IMG/VR virus record: IMGVR_UViG_3300005264_000008
Location: 1 to 64,000 of that record
DNA from: a virus
Strand: one strand, 5' to 3'
DNA length: 64,000 nucleotides
Position 1 is the first letter of the stretch; each line of letters begins with the position of its first letter. The translations under genes and the position numbers were made by a program. Below are positions 9,741-19,950 of this stretch, piece after piece. The notes beneath the pieces were generated by a model. The model did not search any database, was not told where the DNA came from, and was given only the letters and a program-made list of their open reading frames with translations.

Positions 9741-10515
9741 TTAATTGAACAATTCTATTATTTTTTCATAACCGTATTGACCTTCAGTGATTTTCATCAC
9801 TTCGGTTAATGGTAATTCATCTACTTTTATATTATTTCCATCAAGAAAATTTTGTACCCCTGTTAAACAAGCTCCTGTCAATAATCTATATTCAGTAACA
9901 TTTACAGTTTGTTTTTCTTTGATTTTATTTACTATGTCATCTAAATCAAAAGTTTCTTGTAAGAACTTGAAATTAACATCAGCAATTGCTTGCTTTATTG
10001 TTTTTCCATGAGCATAGTATTTACCTTTTTCAGCAACAAAAACTTGTTTAAGTTTATCAATATCACCACCTCCAAAATATCTAGCATTGTAGATGATGTA
10101 ATCGTCAATTTTATGTTCATTTTCAATTAACATTGTGAAACCATCAACATGAATCAATCGTATCTGCTTACCTTTATAAGTTTGAGTTTCTGATTTTAGA
10201 TTTTCTAAATAAACACGACCGTTATTATTAAACGATGTTTTTGCAGAAATCTTTATAAGATTTTCTAAATCAGCATAACCTTTTCGTAAGATTTTCTAAA
10301 TAAACATCACCACTGTTATTAAAAATAACATTAGTAGTAATTTCTCTGAGATTTCGCAAATCAACACCACCATTATTTTCAAATTTAACATTAGTAGTTA
10401 TTTCAGTTAGATTCGATAAATAAACATGACCATTATTTTCAGTAATAATAACAGTATTATTTTCAACCACATAATTAATTTCTTCTTCTATCAAAACATT
10501 TATTAAGTCTTTCAT
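9741..10515 (-). pseudogene. Frameshifted LRR-like repeat protein (joins track ORFs 10270-10515 and 9741-10157)
   Basis: 22-aa repeats NNGxVxLxNLxxI continue in another frame after about 10284 (GYADLENLIKISAKTSFNNNGRVYLENLKSE) and read into the 138-aa ORF. Confidence 0.7.
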
Positions 10516-10589
10516 ATTTTTATTTTTGTTGTTTATATAAATAAACGAATCTTTTTTTTAATTTAGTTCATTTTATAAAAATAATTATT

Positions 10590-11972
10590 ATGATTGAAAT
10601 ACATACATTGACTGATTTTTTCAATAAAGATTATATACAATATCCAAATTATGTATTAACTCAACGTGCAATACCATCTGTTATTGATGGGATGAAAATA
10701 GTACAGCGTAAAATTATAGCAGAGGCAAGGAATAGTGTCACAACTGATTTTATAAAAGCATTTCAATTAGTTGGGCGTGCTTCTGATAAAATGTATTATC
10801 ATCATGGTGATAAATCAATGGCGGATGCTATAATTGGATTAGCACAAACATTTTATTCAAATGTACCATTACTTGATAAAGATGGTCAGTTCGGAGGAAT
10901 AAGACATCAAGTTGCAGGTGAAAGTCGATATATTAGTGTTAAATTACATAGCAATTTCAATAAATTTTTCAAAGATGTGGATTTATTAGAATATAAATAT
11001 GATAATGAAAATCGCATTGAACCAAACACATTTTATCCAGTTATACCGACTATCTTATGTAATAAAAGTGAAGGTATAGCAGTAGGTTTCAATTCGTATA
11101 TATTACCACGTAAAGTAAGTAATATTGTTAATTTGGTGAAAATGTGTATAAATAATGATATAAATGACAAGACTAATTTATTTACTAAACGTTTTATAAA
11201 ATTAATAACACCACATTTCCCAGAAAATTACAATGGTAAGGTTGAATTTGATATGCATTATCATATTCATAAGAAAGACTTCACTGATAAATGGATTTTA
11301 TATGGGAATATCATACATGTGAATAAAAATATATATGTTATAAATGAATTACCACCATTTACTACATTTGATGATGTGAATAATACGTTAACTGAATTAT
11401 TAAATAATAAAATAATACATGATTACACAAACAATTCAAGTGGTAATATTATTGAAATAGAAATTGAATTTAATAGTGATATAGTTAATAACTATAATTT
11501 AATAACAGATATATATGATAAAAAGTATAAATTTTCATTGTATAAATTATTGCGATTAATTGAAACACGTGTTGAATATTATAATCTAATCGATGAAAAT
11601 AATGAATTTATCCAATTTAATGATGTATTTAGTATTATGAGATACTTTGTTAATTTTAGACTTGGGATATATGATAAAAGGAAAGAATTTAATATTACTA
11701 AATTATCTGATAAAATAAATAATAATAATAATTTGATGCGATTTATTAAACTAGTAAAATCAAATAAAATTGACTTAAATAGTGGTGAGCAAAGTATTAT
11801 AAAAAAATTAGATGAAAATAAACTCAACCACTCACTACTAGATATGCCAATCCGTAAGTTAACATTGGATAATTATAAACGAATGGAGCAAACTAATAAA
11901 GATTATAAATCCGAAATTAAAACAATGAAAAATACACCTGTTAAACAGATGTATTTAGAAGATTTAAAATAA
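10590..11972 (+). CDS. DNA topoisomerase II, GyrA/ParC-like subunit (T4 gp52-like)
   Basis: RAIPSVIDGMKIVQRKI, YHHGD, catalytic SRY, EGIAVGF. Confidence 0.92.
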   Translation: MIEIHTLTDFFNKDYIQYPNYVLTQRAIPSVIDGMKIVQRKIIAEARNSVTTDFIKAFQLVGRASDKMYYHHGDKSMADAIIGLAQTFYSNVPLLDKDGQFGGIRHQVAGESRYISVKLHSNFNKFFKDVDLLEYKYDNENRIEPNTFYPVIPTILCNKSEGIAVGFNSYILPRKVSNIVNLVKMCINNDINDKTNLFTKRFIKLITPHFPENYNGKVEFDMHYHIHKKDFTDKWILYGNIIHVNKNIYVINELPPFTTFDDVNNTLTELLNNKIIHDYTNNSSGNIIEIEIEFNSDIVNNYNLITDIYDKKYKFSLYKLLRLIETRVEYYNLIDENNEFIQFNDVFSIMRYFVNFRLGIYDKRKEFNITKLSDKINNNNNLMRFIKLVKSNKIDLNSGEQSIIKKLDENKLNHSLLDMPIRKLTLDNYKRMEQTNKDYKSEIKTMKNTPVKQMYLEDLK

Positions 11973-12050
11973 TCACATAAAAAGTGATTATCTTTTATAC
12001 GTTTTTGCCAATTGAGTTGCATTATAACCTATCAAAGCAAACATTTTATC

Positions 12051-12455
12051 TTATAATTTTGGTTTTATTATCATATCATCTACATAAACCCAATTACCAT
12101 ACCGAGTACATACACGTCTATTAAGTATAATTGTATTTTTGTATTTATTGTTGAACTTTTTAAGTGCTAATCTAACATCTTTATCAGACGGTTCTTCTTT
12201 ATTACGTCCATGTATAATAACATTAACCGTTTCAGTGTTACCTTTATAAAATTTACCTTTATAATGATATGTGATAGGGCTATTTATAAAAGCAGTTTTA
12301 TCTATAATCAGTATGGGTCTTTTAAAGGATTCTTTCTTATTTTTATTCAAAACAAATTCAAACTCTTCCATTGTTTTTTCTTTGGATGACTCATTCAAAT
12401 AGTTGTGAACTACTTTACTAATGGTATTTGTTAATTATTTTTTTGTTATTTTCAT
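12051..12455 (-). pseudogene. Leader-family protein with an in-frame TAA at codon 7
   Basis: ATG at 12455 gives MKITKK*LTNTISKVVHNYLNE, in frame with the track ORF; paralogues have Q or E at the stop position (12435-12437). Confidence 0.7.
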
Positions 12456-12459
12456 TTTA

Positions 12460-13473
12460 TTATTTGATTTTAATTAAGCAATCATATACTACTTTAGGAA
12501 CTTCAATATATGAGTTGTTTTTGAAATATAGTATATATATCTTTTTAGCTTTCAATCTTTTTTCATATTCTATTTGTTTGGACATATCTAGTTTATGATG
12601 ATATAATCTATTAAATGCTGTTTCTCCACTTAATATTTTTTTATTGACAATTAAACCATTATTAATAATTGTTTCTAATGTCATTGTATCATTATCACCT
12701 AAAATATATTGTTTTTTTAATATTTTCGGTAATCGACCTTTAATAGTTGGTGACAAACTATCCCAATTAATATCATATGTTTTTTTAACATTTCGAGGAC
12801 GATATTCAAAATCGGGTCGGAATGATGAATTAATAGGGCAATTTATAAATATGTCCATTGAACTTTTTACATTACTAACATTCCATTTGGATATATTTTT
12901 ATTAAACATAGAATTAGAAAACATAAAATTCATATTTTTTACATTACTAACATTCCATTTGGATATATCACCGTTGAATAAACTTTCTTCAAACATACTT
13001 TCCGTATTAGTTACATTACTAACATTCCATTTGGATATATTTTTATTAAACATAGAATTAGAAAACATACCTTCCATGCTTTTTACATTACTAACATTCC
13101 ATTTGGATATATCACTATTGAAAACGGATTTGTCAAATACATGTTGCATATTAGTTACATTGCTAACATTCCATTTAGAAATATCACCATTAAATTTAGA
13201 CCTTGAAAACATACGTTGTATATTTTTTACATTGCTAACATCCCATTTAGAAATATTACCATTGAATGCACTATTCCGAAACAATTTAGACATATCAGTA
13301 ACACGACCAGTATCAATGAAATTTAAATCTACATTATTACCATGTTTTTTAATCGTTGATTCTACTAATTGCTTTAAATGTTTTGAATCTTTTGCTATTA
13401 TTTCGATGAAGTCACCATTCAAATATTTTTGAATCGAATCATTGATTATTTCTGTTAATTGTTTTTTTGTCAT
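12460..13473 (-). CDS. DUF285/BspA-type repeat protein with N-terminal leader
   Basis: About seven 22-aa FNxxISKWNVSNVxxM repeats; likely start ATG 13473 (MTKKQLTEIINDSIQKYL). Confidence 0.8.
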   Translation of the reverse strand: MTKKQLTEIINDSIQKYLNGDFIEIIAKDSKHLKQLVESTIKKHGNNVDLNFIDTGRVTDMSKLFRNSAFNGNISKWDVSNVKNIQRMFSRSKFNGDISKWNVSNVTNMQHVFDKSVFNSDISKWNVSNVKSMEGMFSNSMFNKNISKWNVSNVTNTESMFEESLFNGDISKWNVSNVKNMNFMFSNSMFNKNISKWNVSNVKSSMDIFINCPINSSFRPDFEYRPRNVKKTYDINWDSLSPTIKGRLPKILKKQYILGDNDTMTLETIINNGLIVNKKILSGETAFNRLYHHKLDMSKQIEYEKRLKAKKIYILYFKNNSYIEVPKVVYDCLIKIK

Positions 13474-13526
13474 ATTTATATTTATATTTATATTTATATT
13501 ATTATATTTATAATAAATAGTATGCA

Positions 13527-14288
13527 ATGAAACAAAATATAAACGAAGTATCACATTTATTTGGAAAGGGTGATGTTGATGACGGACCTAAAATGTTTGA
13601 TGTAACATTAAAAAGTTATGAACGGAGAATTAACAGTATTGCCAAAATGCAAGGATTATCAGTAATTGATAATATGATTGGTAATAAAACAATAACAAAC
13701 TTTGACCCACAAGAATACAATCCAATTACGGATGTAACACAGTTTCCAAGTGGAATTGATACAGGTATTATTATGTCTACATTAGAAAATACGAAATCTT
13801 ATAAAGAATGGTTGAAGATTATAAAATTAATATTACAGCCATCTGATTTAGTAATGATTGATGATTTGGATGCTAATATGAGTATTGGTAATAATTTAAT
13901 TGAATCATATATTGAAAATATGTCTGATAAAATTTTCATTGATGAATTATATGATAAAAATAGTGGTATAATGTACGATGATGAGCAATCATTATCAATG
14001 TTATCGAATGTCATTAAACAAAAATATGATTTGGTACTAACATTCAATTCAAATAATGGGTATAAGTATAAAACACTAATTAATGATAAATCACATAAAA
14101 TAATTCGCAAAATGTTTGGTGAGTTTCCTAAAAATAGTGATGTTTATTTATGTATGAATTTTAATGAAGAGCGAAACGAAGTACAATTATTATTAGTAGA
14201 CGAAAACAAAAAAATTGTTAATAATTCACGAATAATTAAATTTGTACAATATAAAATGAGATGGACAGAAGATACAAATCTTTCATAA
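13527..14288 (+). CDS. Hypothetical protein
   Basis: 253-aa ORF, divergent from the DUF285 gene. Confidence 0.6.
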   Translation: MKQNINEVSHLFGKGDVDDGPKMFDVTLKSYERRINSIAKMQGLSVIDNMIGNKTITNFDPQEYNPITDVTQFPSGIDTGIIMSTLENTKSYKEWLKIIKLILQPSDLVMIDDLDANMSIGNNLIESYIENMSDKIFIDELYDKNSGIMYDDEQSLSMLSNVIKQKYDLVLTFNSNNGYKYKTLINDKSHKIIRKMFGEFPKNSDVYLCMNFNEERNEVQLLLVDENKKIVNNSRIIKFVQYKMRWTEDTNLS

Positions 14289-14293
14289 AGCAT

Positions 14294-14322
14294 AAAAATA
14301 ACGTCATATGGACGTTATTTTT
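14294..14322. terminator. Bidirectional terminator
   Basis: AAAAATAACGTC-ATATG-GACGTTATTTTT between convergent genes. Confidence 0.7.
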
Positions 14323-14383
14323 ATTTAATGGTTGTTCGTACCATTTAAACATTGAATGCTCTTATAATTGAAATTTCGATGTG

Positions 14384-14749
14384 TTATGATAATATAAATT
14401 CAATATAATCTTCAATATTATTATTAGTAGAATATTCAATTCGTAAATTAATAGAATGTTCATTACTATTAACAATTATATTATTTACTGATATATATGG
14501 CATATTATCTAGAAAGCAACGTTCAATTTCATCAGTGATATTTGATATTAATACATCATCACTTGTTTCAAAAATCATTTTTAATAAATCACATCCAAAA
14601 TTAGGATTCATTATTCGTTCTCCTTTATTTGTAAATAGTAGATTACGAATATTATCTTTAATTAAACTATCAGTTGTGTAATTTAATGCAAAAAATGTTT
14701 TATTATCAGTTGTAAGTGGAAGATTTAGCCCCAAACCTTTTTTTATCAT
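14384..14749 (-). CDS. Baseplate wedge protein gp25-like
   Basis: IRNLLFTNKGERIMNPNFGCDL motif. Confidence 0.9.
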   Translation of the reverse strand: MIKKGLGLNLPLTTDNKTFFALNYTTDSLIKDNIRNLLFTNKGERIMNPNFGCDLLKMIFETSDDVLISNITDEIERCFLDNMPYISVNNIIVNSNEHSINLRIEYSTNNNIEDYIEFILS

Positions 14750-15470
14750 GGTTTTTTAATATATATCTCTTTTCAATCGAAAAATAATAGTTTTTATAAA
14801 ATTTTGACCATGTAATATACCATGTTGGATGTGTATAATATCCACAATGTTTCATTTGTTTGAAAAAATCTTGATAACTTTTACAATTATGTAAACTTTG
14901 ATAACGAGGTCTTTCAAACATTGTCAATATATACTCAAAACTTTCAGCAACAGAATTAAATGATTTGAATTCATCATATAATACTACACGCACATCATCA
15001 ATATATTCTACAGTTGATAATGTTATTCCACGTCCTTTTATACCTGATACATTATTTGCTTTTAAAAATAATGTATTTGAAAATGGCACTCCTTTACTTG
15101 TAGATGTTTCTGTTTGTGCTAATGTTAACAGAATACCTGTTAATGTTATATCACTTACTTCATAATTACTTTTGTCAAACGATTTGACAATATCAAGTAC
15201 ACCTCTGTATAATAATTCATTTATAATCAATCTATCAGCATGTTTCCACTTAGTTGTTTTAATATGTTTAACAACCACAGTATCAAAAAATGCTTGCCTA
15301 TTGAAATGACTACTATAATGTTTTGGTGTTTTTAACTTGGTTGGTGGTGTGCTAATCGTATTACGACTAGAACTAATTAGAATAATAAATATAGCAGGAA
15401 TTAGTATAAATATACTTTTGAAGTATAAATTTACATTGCTAAATTTTATTCTATTGAATTTTAAATTCAT
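14706..15470 (-). CDS. GH73 glucosaminidase-like hydrolase with N-terminal TM segment
   Basis: AQTETS, ANNVSGIK, GYYTHPTW motifs; hydrophobic residues ~20-33. Confidence 0.65.
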   Translation of the reverse strand: MNLKFNRIKFSNVNLYFKSIFILIPAIFIILISSSRNTISTPPTKLKTPKHYSSHFNRQAFFDTVVVKHIKTTKWKHADRLIINELLYRGVLDIVKSFDKSNYEVSDITLTGILLTLAQTETSTSKGVPFSNTLFLKANNVSGIKGRGITLSTVEYIDDVRVVLYDEFKSFNSVAESFEYILTMFERPRYQSLHNCKSYQDFFKQMKHCGYYTHPTWYITWSKFYKNYYFSIEKRYILKNHDKKRFGAKSSTYN

Positions 15471-15526
15471 AAATATAATTTAGTGTTCTATAATAAATAT
15501 AATTTCGTTAATTTAAAATAAACAAA

Positions 15527-15793
15527 ATGAACGAAATTAAATTAAACAAAGACAAACTTGATAAATTAAAATCACTTCAGCGTGAAATAGATGTAAAAAT
15601 TTATACACTTGGTATAAAAAAATACGAAAAAGATGCAATAAATGTTCAATTTGACAATGAAATACAGAATATTACAAGTGTTATTAAGGCAAAAACTCGT
15701 GAGTATGAAACTGTAATTAAAGTCGAGCGTGATAAATATGGTGATTTTGATTTAGACTTACAAAATGGTACAATAAAATTAATAAAAAAATAA
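15527..15793 (+). CDS. Small coiled-coil hypothetical protein
   Basis: 88 aa ending KYGDFDLDLQNGTI. Confidence 0.55.
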   Translation: MNEIKLNKDKLDKLKSLQREIDVKIYTLGIKKYEKDAINVQFDNEIQNITSVIKAKTREYETVIKVERDKYGDFDLDLQNGTIKLIKK

Positions 15794-15794
15794 T

Positions 15795-16838
15795 ATGGGA
15801 TTGAATTTCGATGATATATTCAAGAAAATATCAGAAACAAATATTGGTATTAAAAAACGAATATTATTAATTGATGGTCATAATACATTTATGAGGGCAA
15901 TGTCAATGCAAAATATTGTGAATGATAATGGTGTTCATATAGGAGGATTGTCTGGATTTTTACTTAGTATAGGAAGTACATTAAAAAAGTTGAAACCTAT
16001 CCATGAAATTGTTATTGTCTTTGACGGAAAAGACACAATTAAATCAAGAAGAGAAATTTATGAAAATTATAAATTAAAAAAGAAAGATATTTCTCGATTT
16101 GGATTTTATAATGTGAAACAGGAACAAAATGCAATCAAATTTCAAATGGAACGTTTGTTTAAATATTTTGAATTTTTGCCTGTTCGTGTTATAATTGCAG
16201 ACTATGCCGAAGCAGATGATGTAATTGGATATATGGCATCAAATTATAAAGATTTTTTTGAAGATGTTAATCAGATATATATAATGTCAACTGATAAAGA
16301 TTATAAACAAAATTTAGTAAAAAATGATGATATTGAAATTAGTATTTTTGAACCATCAAAAAAGATTATAATTGATAAGGATACTTTCAAAACACAGTAT
16401 AATATGATACCTGAAAATTATACATTATTGAAGTGTTTTATTCGAGATGACGGTGATAATATACCAGGTGTATATGGCATTGGCGAAAAAACATTTGCTA
16501 AGTTATTTCCATTTGTATTGAATACGGATACAGTATTTGATATTAGCAGTTTTTTTGATGTAATAACACATGATGACATTTATACAAAAAGCAAATCAAA
16601 GAAAATACAAAGTGTATTACAACAACAGGACTTATTGAATATTTTTTATAAACTTGTAGATTTACGGAATAATAGTTTAAAAAATATTACATCTGATATG
16701 ATTGGTGATATTAAAATGATATTAAAAAAACCAGTTCCAATTACGAATAAATACTCAATATTACAATTAGCTACACAAGATGGTGTAATAAATTTTATTA
16801 AAAATCCTATTAAATGGGTGGAACAGGTATTTATATAA
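15795..16838 (+). CDS. 5'-3' exonuclease/flap endonuclease (T4 RNase H-like)
   Basis: LLIDGHN, VFDG, EADDVIG, STDKD and DNIPGVYGIGEKT motifs. Confidence 0.9.
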   Translation: MGLNFDDIFKKISETNIGIKKRILLIDGHNTFMRAMSMQNIVNDNGVHIGGLSGFLLSIGSTLKKLKPIHEIVIVFDGKDTIKSRREIYENYKLKKKDISRFGFYNVKQEQNAIKFQMERLFKYFEFLPVRVIIADYAEADDVIGYMASNYKDFFEDVNQIYIMSTDKDYKQNLVKNDDIEISIFEPSKKIIIDKDTFKTQYNMIPENYTLLKCFIRDDGDNIPGVYGIGEKTFAKLFPFVLNTDTVFDISSFFDVITHDDIYTKSKSKKIQSVLQQQDLLNIFYKLVDLRNNSLKNITSDMIGDIKMILKKPVPITNKYSILQLATQDGVINFIKNPIKWVEQVFI

Positions 16839-16874
16839 GAATGATTTAATTTACTTAATTAAAATAAAAACAAA

Positions 16875-17405
16875 ATGAAAATAGATATTGTTAATAAGTC
16901 GCTATTTGACCTTCCAAAATTTGCGATTAAGGGAGATGTAGGAATGGATTTATATGCAAATATAACTGATGAATGGTTAGATTTACAAAATATATCTGAT
17001 AATAATATTAGTTATATATCATTGAATAATAAACATAATGTAGCTGTTGACTTTTATAAGAAAAGTATATGGTTAGAACCTCGTGATAGAGTATTAATAC
17101 CAACTGGTATTCATATAGGACTGCCAACTGGATATGAAGCCCAAATACGAAGTAGGAGTGGGTTAGCATTGAAGTATGGTGTATGTGTATTAAATAGTCC
17201 TGGTACTATAGACAATGAATATACAGGAGAAATACAAATAATTATATATAATTCATCTAACCAACGATATGAAGTTCAATATGGTGATAAAATAGCACAA
17301 ATGGTTATTAAAAAATATGAAGATAATATTGAATGGGATTTAAAATCCACACTCACATCTTCAATACGTGATACTAATGGATTTGGACATACTGGTGATA
17401 AATAA
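16875..17405 (+). CDS. dut: Trimeric dUTPase
   Basis: GMDL, RSRSGLA, PGTIDNEYTGEI, GDKIAQ and GFGHTG motifs. Confidence 0.92.
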   Translation: MKIDIVNKSLFDLPKFAIKGDVGMDLYANITDEWLDLQNISDNNISYISLNNKHNVAVDFYKKSIWLEPRDRVLIPTGIHIGLPTGYEAQIRSRSGLALKYGVCVLNSPGTIDNEYTGEIQIIIYNSSNQRYEVQYGDKIAQMVIKKYEDNIEWDLKSTLTSSIRDTNGFGHTGDK

Positions 17406-17416
17406 AAAAATAAATT

Positions 17417-18067
17417 ATGATAAGTGAGAAACAAATTGTAGAAAATTACAATATTTATATTCAATTGTTAAAAAAAGTTACAACTGAAGAGCGTTATAAT
17501 AATATAATTAAATTATTAACATCTTTGAATGAAGAGCATGTTGCAACAGCACCTGCATCGGCAAAAAAACATTATCATGGTGCATATCATGGTGGATTGA
17601 TAGTACATTTGTTAAATGTATACACATTCGCAAATCAAATATATGAAATGTGGAAAATAAATGGCAGTGATTTGAGTGGTTATGATAAGAATGAATTATT
17701 ATTCACTGCATTAACACATGATATTGGAAAGCTTGGTACAGTTGGACAGCCGTTCTATATTTTACAAACAGATAATTGGAGACGTGATAAGTTGGGTGAA
17801 TTATATACATATAATCCTGACATAGCATTCTTACGACATAGTGATAGAACATTATACTTATTCCAAGAATTTAATATAAAATTAACTGAGAATGAATATA
17901 TTGGTATATACACACATGATGGATTGTTTGATGTTAAAAATGAAATTCATTTTAAATCATCGAATCCAAATCAATTATTCAAAACTAATTTACCATTTAT
18001 ATTACATCAAGCTGATTATATGGCTTATAGAATAGAAACAGAAAATGAACGAGATACTACAAAATAA
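17417..18067 (+). CDS. HD-domain phosphohydrolase (YhaM-like HD domain)
   Basis: APAS..HYHGAYHGGLIVH, HDIGK, HDG, LHQAD. Confidence 0.85.
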   Translation: MISEKQIVENYNIYIQLLKKVTTEERYNNIIKLLTSLNEEHVATAPASAKKHYHGAYHGGLIVHLLNVYTFANQIYEMWKINGSDLSGYDKNELLFTALTHDIGKLGTVGQPFYILQTDNWRRDKLGELYTYNPDIAFLRHSDRTLYLFQEFNIKLTENEYIGIYTHDGLFDVKNEIHFKSSNPNQLFKTNLPFILHQADYMAYRIETENERDTTK

Positions 18068-18356
18068 TATAACCATTTATATTTTAATTGGTGTGATAGT
18101 AATTCTAATGATTATTATTATAAATTTGATGCGTAATTATTTACATATTAATAGAATTAATGATACATTAATATCATCATTTAATAATATTAAAGACATC
18201 ATTACAACTGCAACTAATAGATTACTTGAAATCGATAGGAAGGGTACATTTAGTAGTGATGATGAAAGTGGATTTATATTTACTCAAATGAAAAATATAC
18301 AATTAATATTGCAATCACTATTTGATAACACTAATACTAACACTAACAATGATTAA
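18045..18356 (+). CDS. Small membrane-anchored protein
   Basis: N-terminal TM segment; IDRKGTFSSDDESGFIF. Confidence 0.55.
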   Translation: MNEILQNNITIYILIGVIVILMIIIINLMRNYLHINRINDTLISSFNNIKDIITTATNRLLEIDRKGTFSSDDESGFIFTQMKNIQLILQSLFDNTNTNTNND

Positions 18357-18774
18357 ACCAATTTTAAATATTACGGTTGATAATAAGTTATTTGTGCGAA
18401 AAGATACATTTTATTGTAATAATAACACAGAATTTACAATTAATATAACTAATACATATAATTATATTATAATGTGTAGTATTATAAGTGATGATAATTT
18501 AGAACCATTTATAACAGCACCGTTAAAACCAATGCAAGATTATAGCATAACATCAGTATTCAAATCTGATGAATATAATAGTATTGATTATAAAGTTAGT
18601 GTACTATTATCATTATCAAATGAAAAACCGATTTTTTATAAGGATTTTTTCTTTTTTAATAAACATATGAAAAAGTATATTAATTTAATAAACAAAACAT
18701 CAATATGTACATCATGTAATAGTCAATTAGAATTTGGTTGGGACTACTGCCCAACTTGCGGATTAAAAAAATAA
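18349..18774 (+). CDS. Hypothetical protein with C-terminal zinc ribbon
   Basis: CTSC...CPTCG; ATG at 18349 preferred over the TTG start. Confidence 0.6.
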   Translation: MIKPILNITVDNKLFVRKDTFYCNNNTEFTINITNTYNYIIMCSIISDDNLEPFITAPLKPMQDYSITSVFKSDEYNSIDYKVSVLLSLSNEKPIFYKDFFFFNKHMKKYINLINKTSICTSCNSQLEFGWDYCPTCGLKK

Positions 18775-18784
18775 ATAATAGAGT

Positions 18785-19543
18785 ATGTCACGAAAGAAAA
18801 CAAAAAAAGTACCATATTTTAATGATGGAACTGAAAAAGCAATTCAGATATATAATAATGAATCTGATGTAGATAAACGAAATTTATTATTTGAACAAGA
18901 AATATTATATCCGATATTGAAATTATCCGAGTACCTGATAAATTCAATGCATATGTATAATATTATGGATGATGGTAATATAAAAAACTTACAATTTGAA
19001 ATTGTAAACGATGTATTAACTAAGTTAGATAAAATCAATACTGATAAAGGGAAAGCATTTTCATATTTACATATTGTTATACGGAATTTTTTAATCGGTA
19101 AATCAAAAAAAGTACATAATAAAAAGATTAATAAAATTGAATTGGAATACTTTGATACGTTTTCTTTTTTCGATGAGAATCATTATTATATAGATGGCGA
19201 TAGTAAAAATGATATTAGTAAATTTGTCACACAATTTACTACAATTATTAAAGATAATATTAATTTAATATATGATAGTGAACAAGAGCGTAATATTATA
19301 ATTGACATTTTAGATTTATTTTATGACAGTTCCCATCTCAATAAAATAAATAAACGTGAACTGTATGCATATATTAAAAATAAATATAATATTGAAAGTA
19401 AATTTTTGACGAGTGTTTTAAAAGATTTAAAGATTATATATATTAAAGCATATGCCGAATTTAATGATATTGGTATGATAAATGTCGATTCACTATTGCG
19501 AAAATATAAAGAATCGAATATAAATAAACTTTTTAAATTTTAA
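18785..19543 (+). CDS. Putative phage sigma-like factor (gp55-like late sigma)
   Basis: PYFNDGTEKAIQIYN...KLDKINTDKGKAFSYLHIVIRN resembles sigma region 2 of gp55-like proteins. Confidence 0.5.
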   Translation: MSRKKTKKVPYFNDGTEKAIQIYNNESDVDKRNLLFEQEILYPILKLSEYLINSMHMYNIMDDGNIKNLQFEIVNDVLTKLDKINTDKGKAFSYLHIVIRNFLIGKSKKVHNKKINKIELEYFDTFSFFDENHYYIDGDSKNDISKFVTQFTTIIKDNINLIYDSEQERNIIIDILDLFYDSSHLNKINKRELYAYIKNKYNIESKFLTSVLKDLKIIYIKAYAEFNDIGMINVDSLLRKYKESNINKLFKF

Positions 19544-19548
19544 CATAT

Positions 19549-19950
19549 ATGATAAACACAAACGAAATAAAAGTATTTGATGGTGTTAACTTATCAGACA
19601 TATTCAAAAATGTTTTTGTAAACAATAGCTTTACAAAAACAAATATAGATAGTGTTATTACTAATTTAATGGAAAAAATTAAATCAGTTAATGACTCTAT
19701 CATAATAGCACCAGTTGTAAAAGATTATTTAAATACTGCAATTGCTAATGATAAAGTATTATTGGAAATGGCTAAAATAGTCGAAAGATTGAATAATTCG
19801 GGTGATGGGCAATTAGGTGTAAATGGTATGAGTGATTTGATGATGACAGCGGAAGATTTGCAGAGTTTAGATGAACACGTTACTAAACATTTTGATGATA
19901 TTACCGAAAAAACATCGAAAAAATTGGTGAAAATGAAAAAAAACACATGA
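19549..19950 (+). CDS. Hypothetical helical protein
   Basis: 133 aa; stop overlaps the next start (ATGA). Confidence 0.6.
   Translation: MINTNEIKVFDGVNLSDIFKNVFVNNSFTKTNIDSVITNLMEKIKSVNDSIIIAPVVKDYLNTAIANDKVLLEMAKIVERLNNSGDGQLGVNGMSDLMMTAEDLQSLDEHVTKHFDDITEKTSKKLVKMKKNT

Noticed and set aside
10190-10440. Diversity-generating retroelement TR/VR pair
   Set aside because: These are in-frame protein repeats with differences not limited to adenines, and no reverse transcriptase is in the window.
12860-13270. CRISPR-like regular repeats (ACATTACTAACATTCCATTTGGATAT)
   Set aside because: The period is 66 nt, in frame within a DUF285 coding repeat, and the intervening parts are themselves repeated.
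13474-13554. Track start for the DUF285 gene at 13554
   Set aside because: The extension is low-complexity (NININININ), overlaps the divergent gene and promoter motif, and the family leader begins at ATG 13473.
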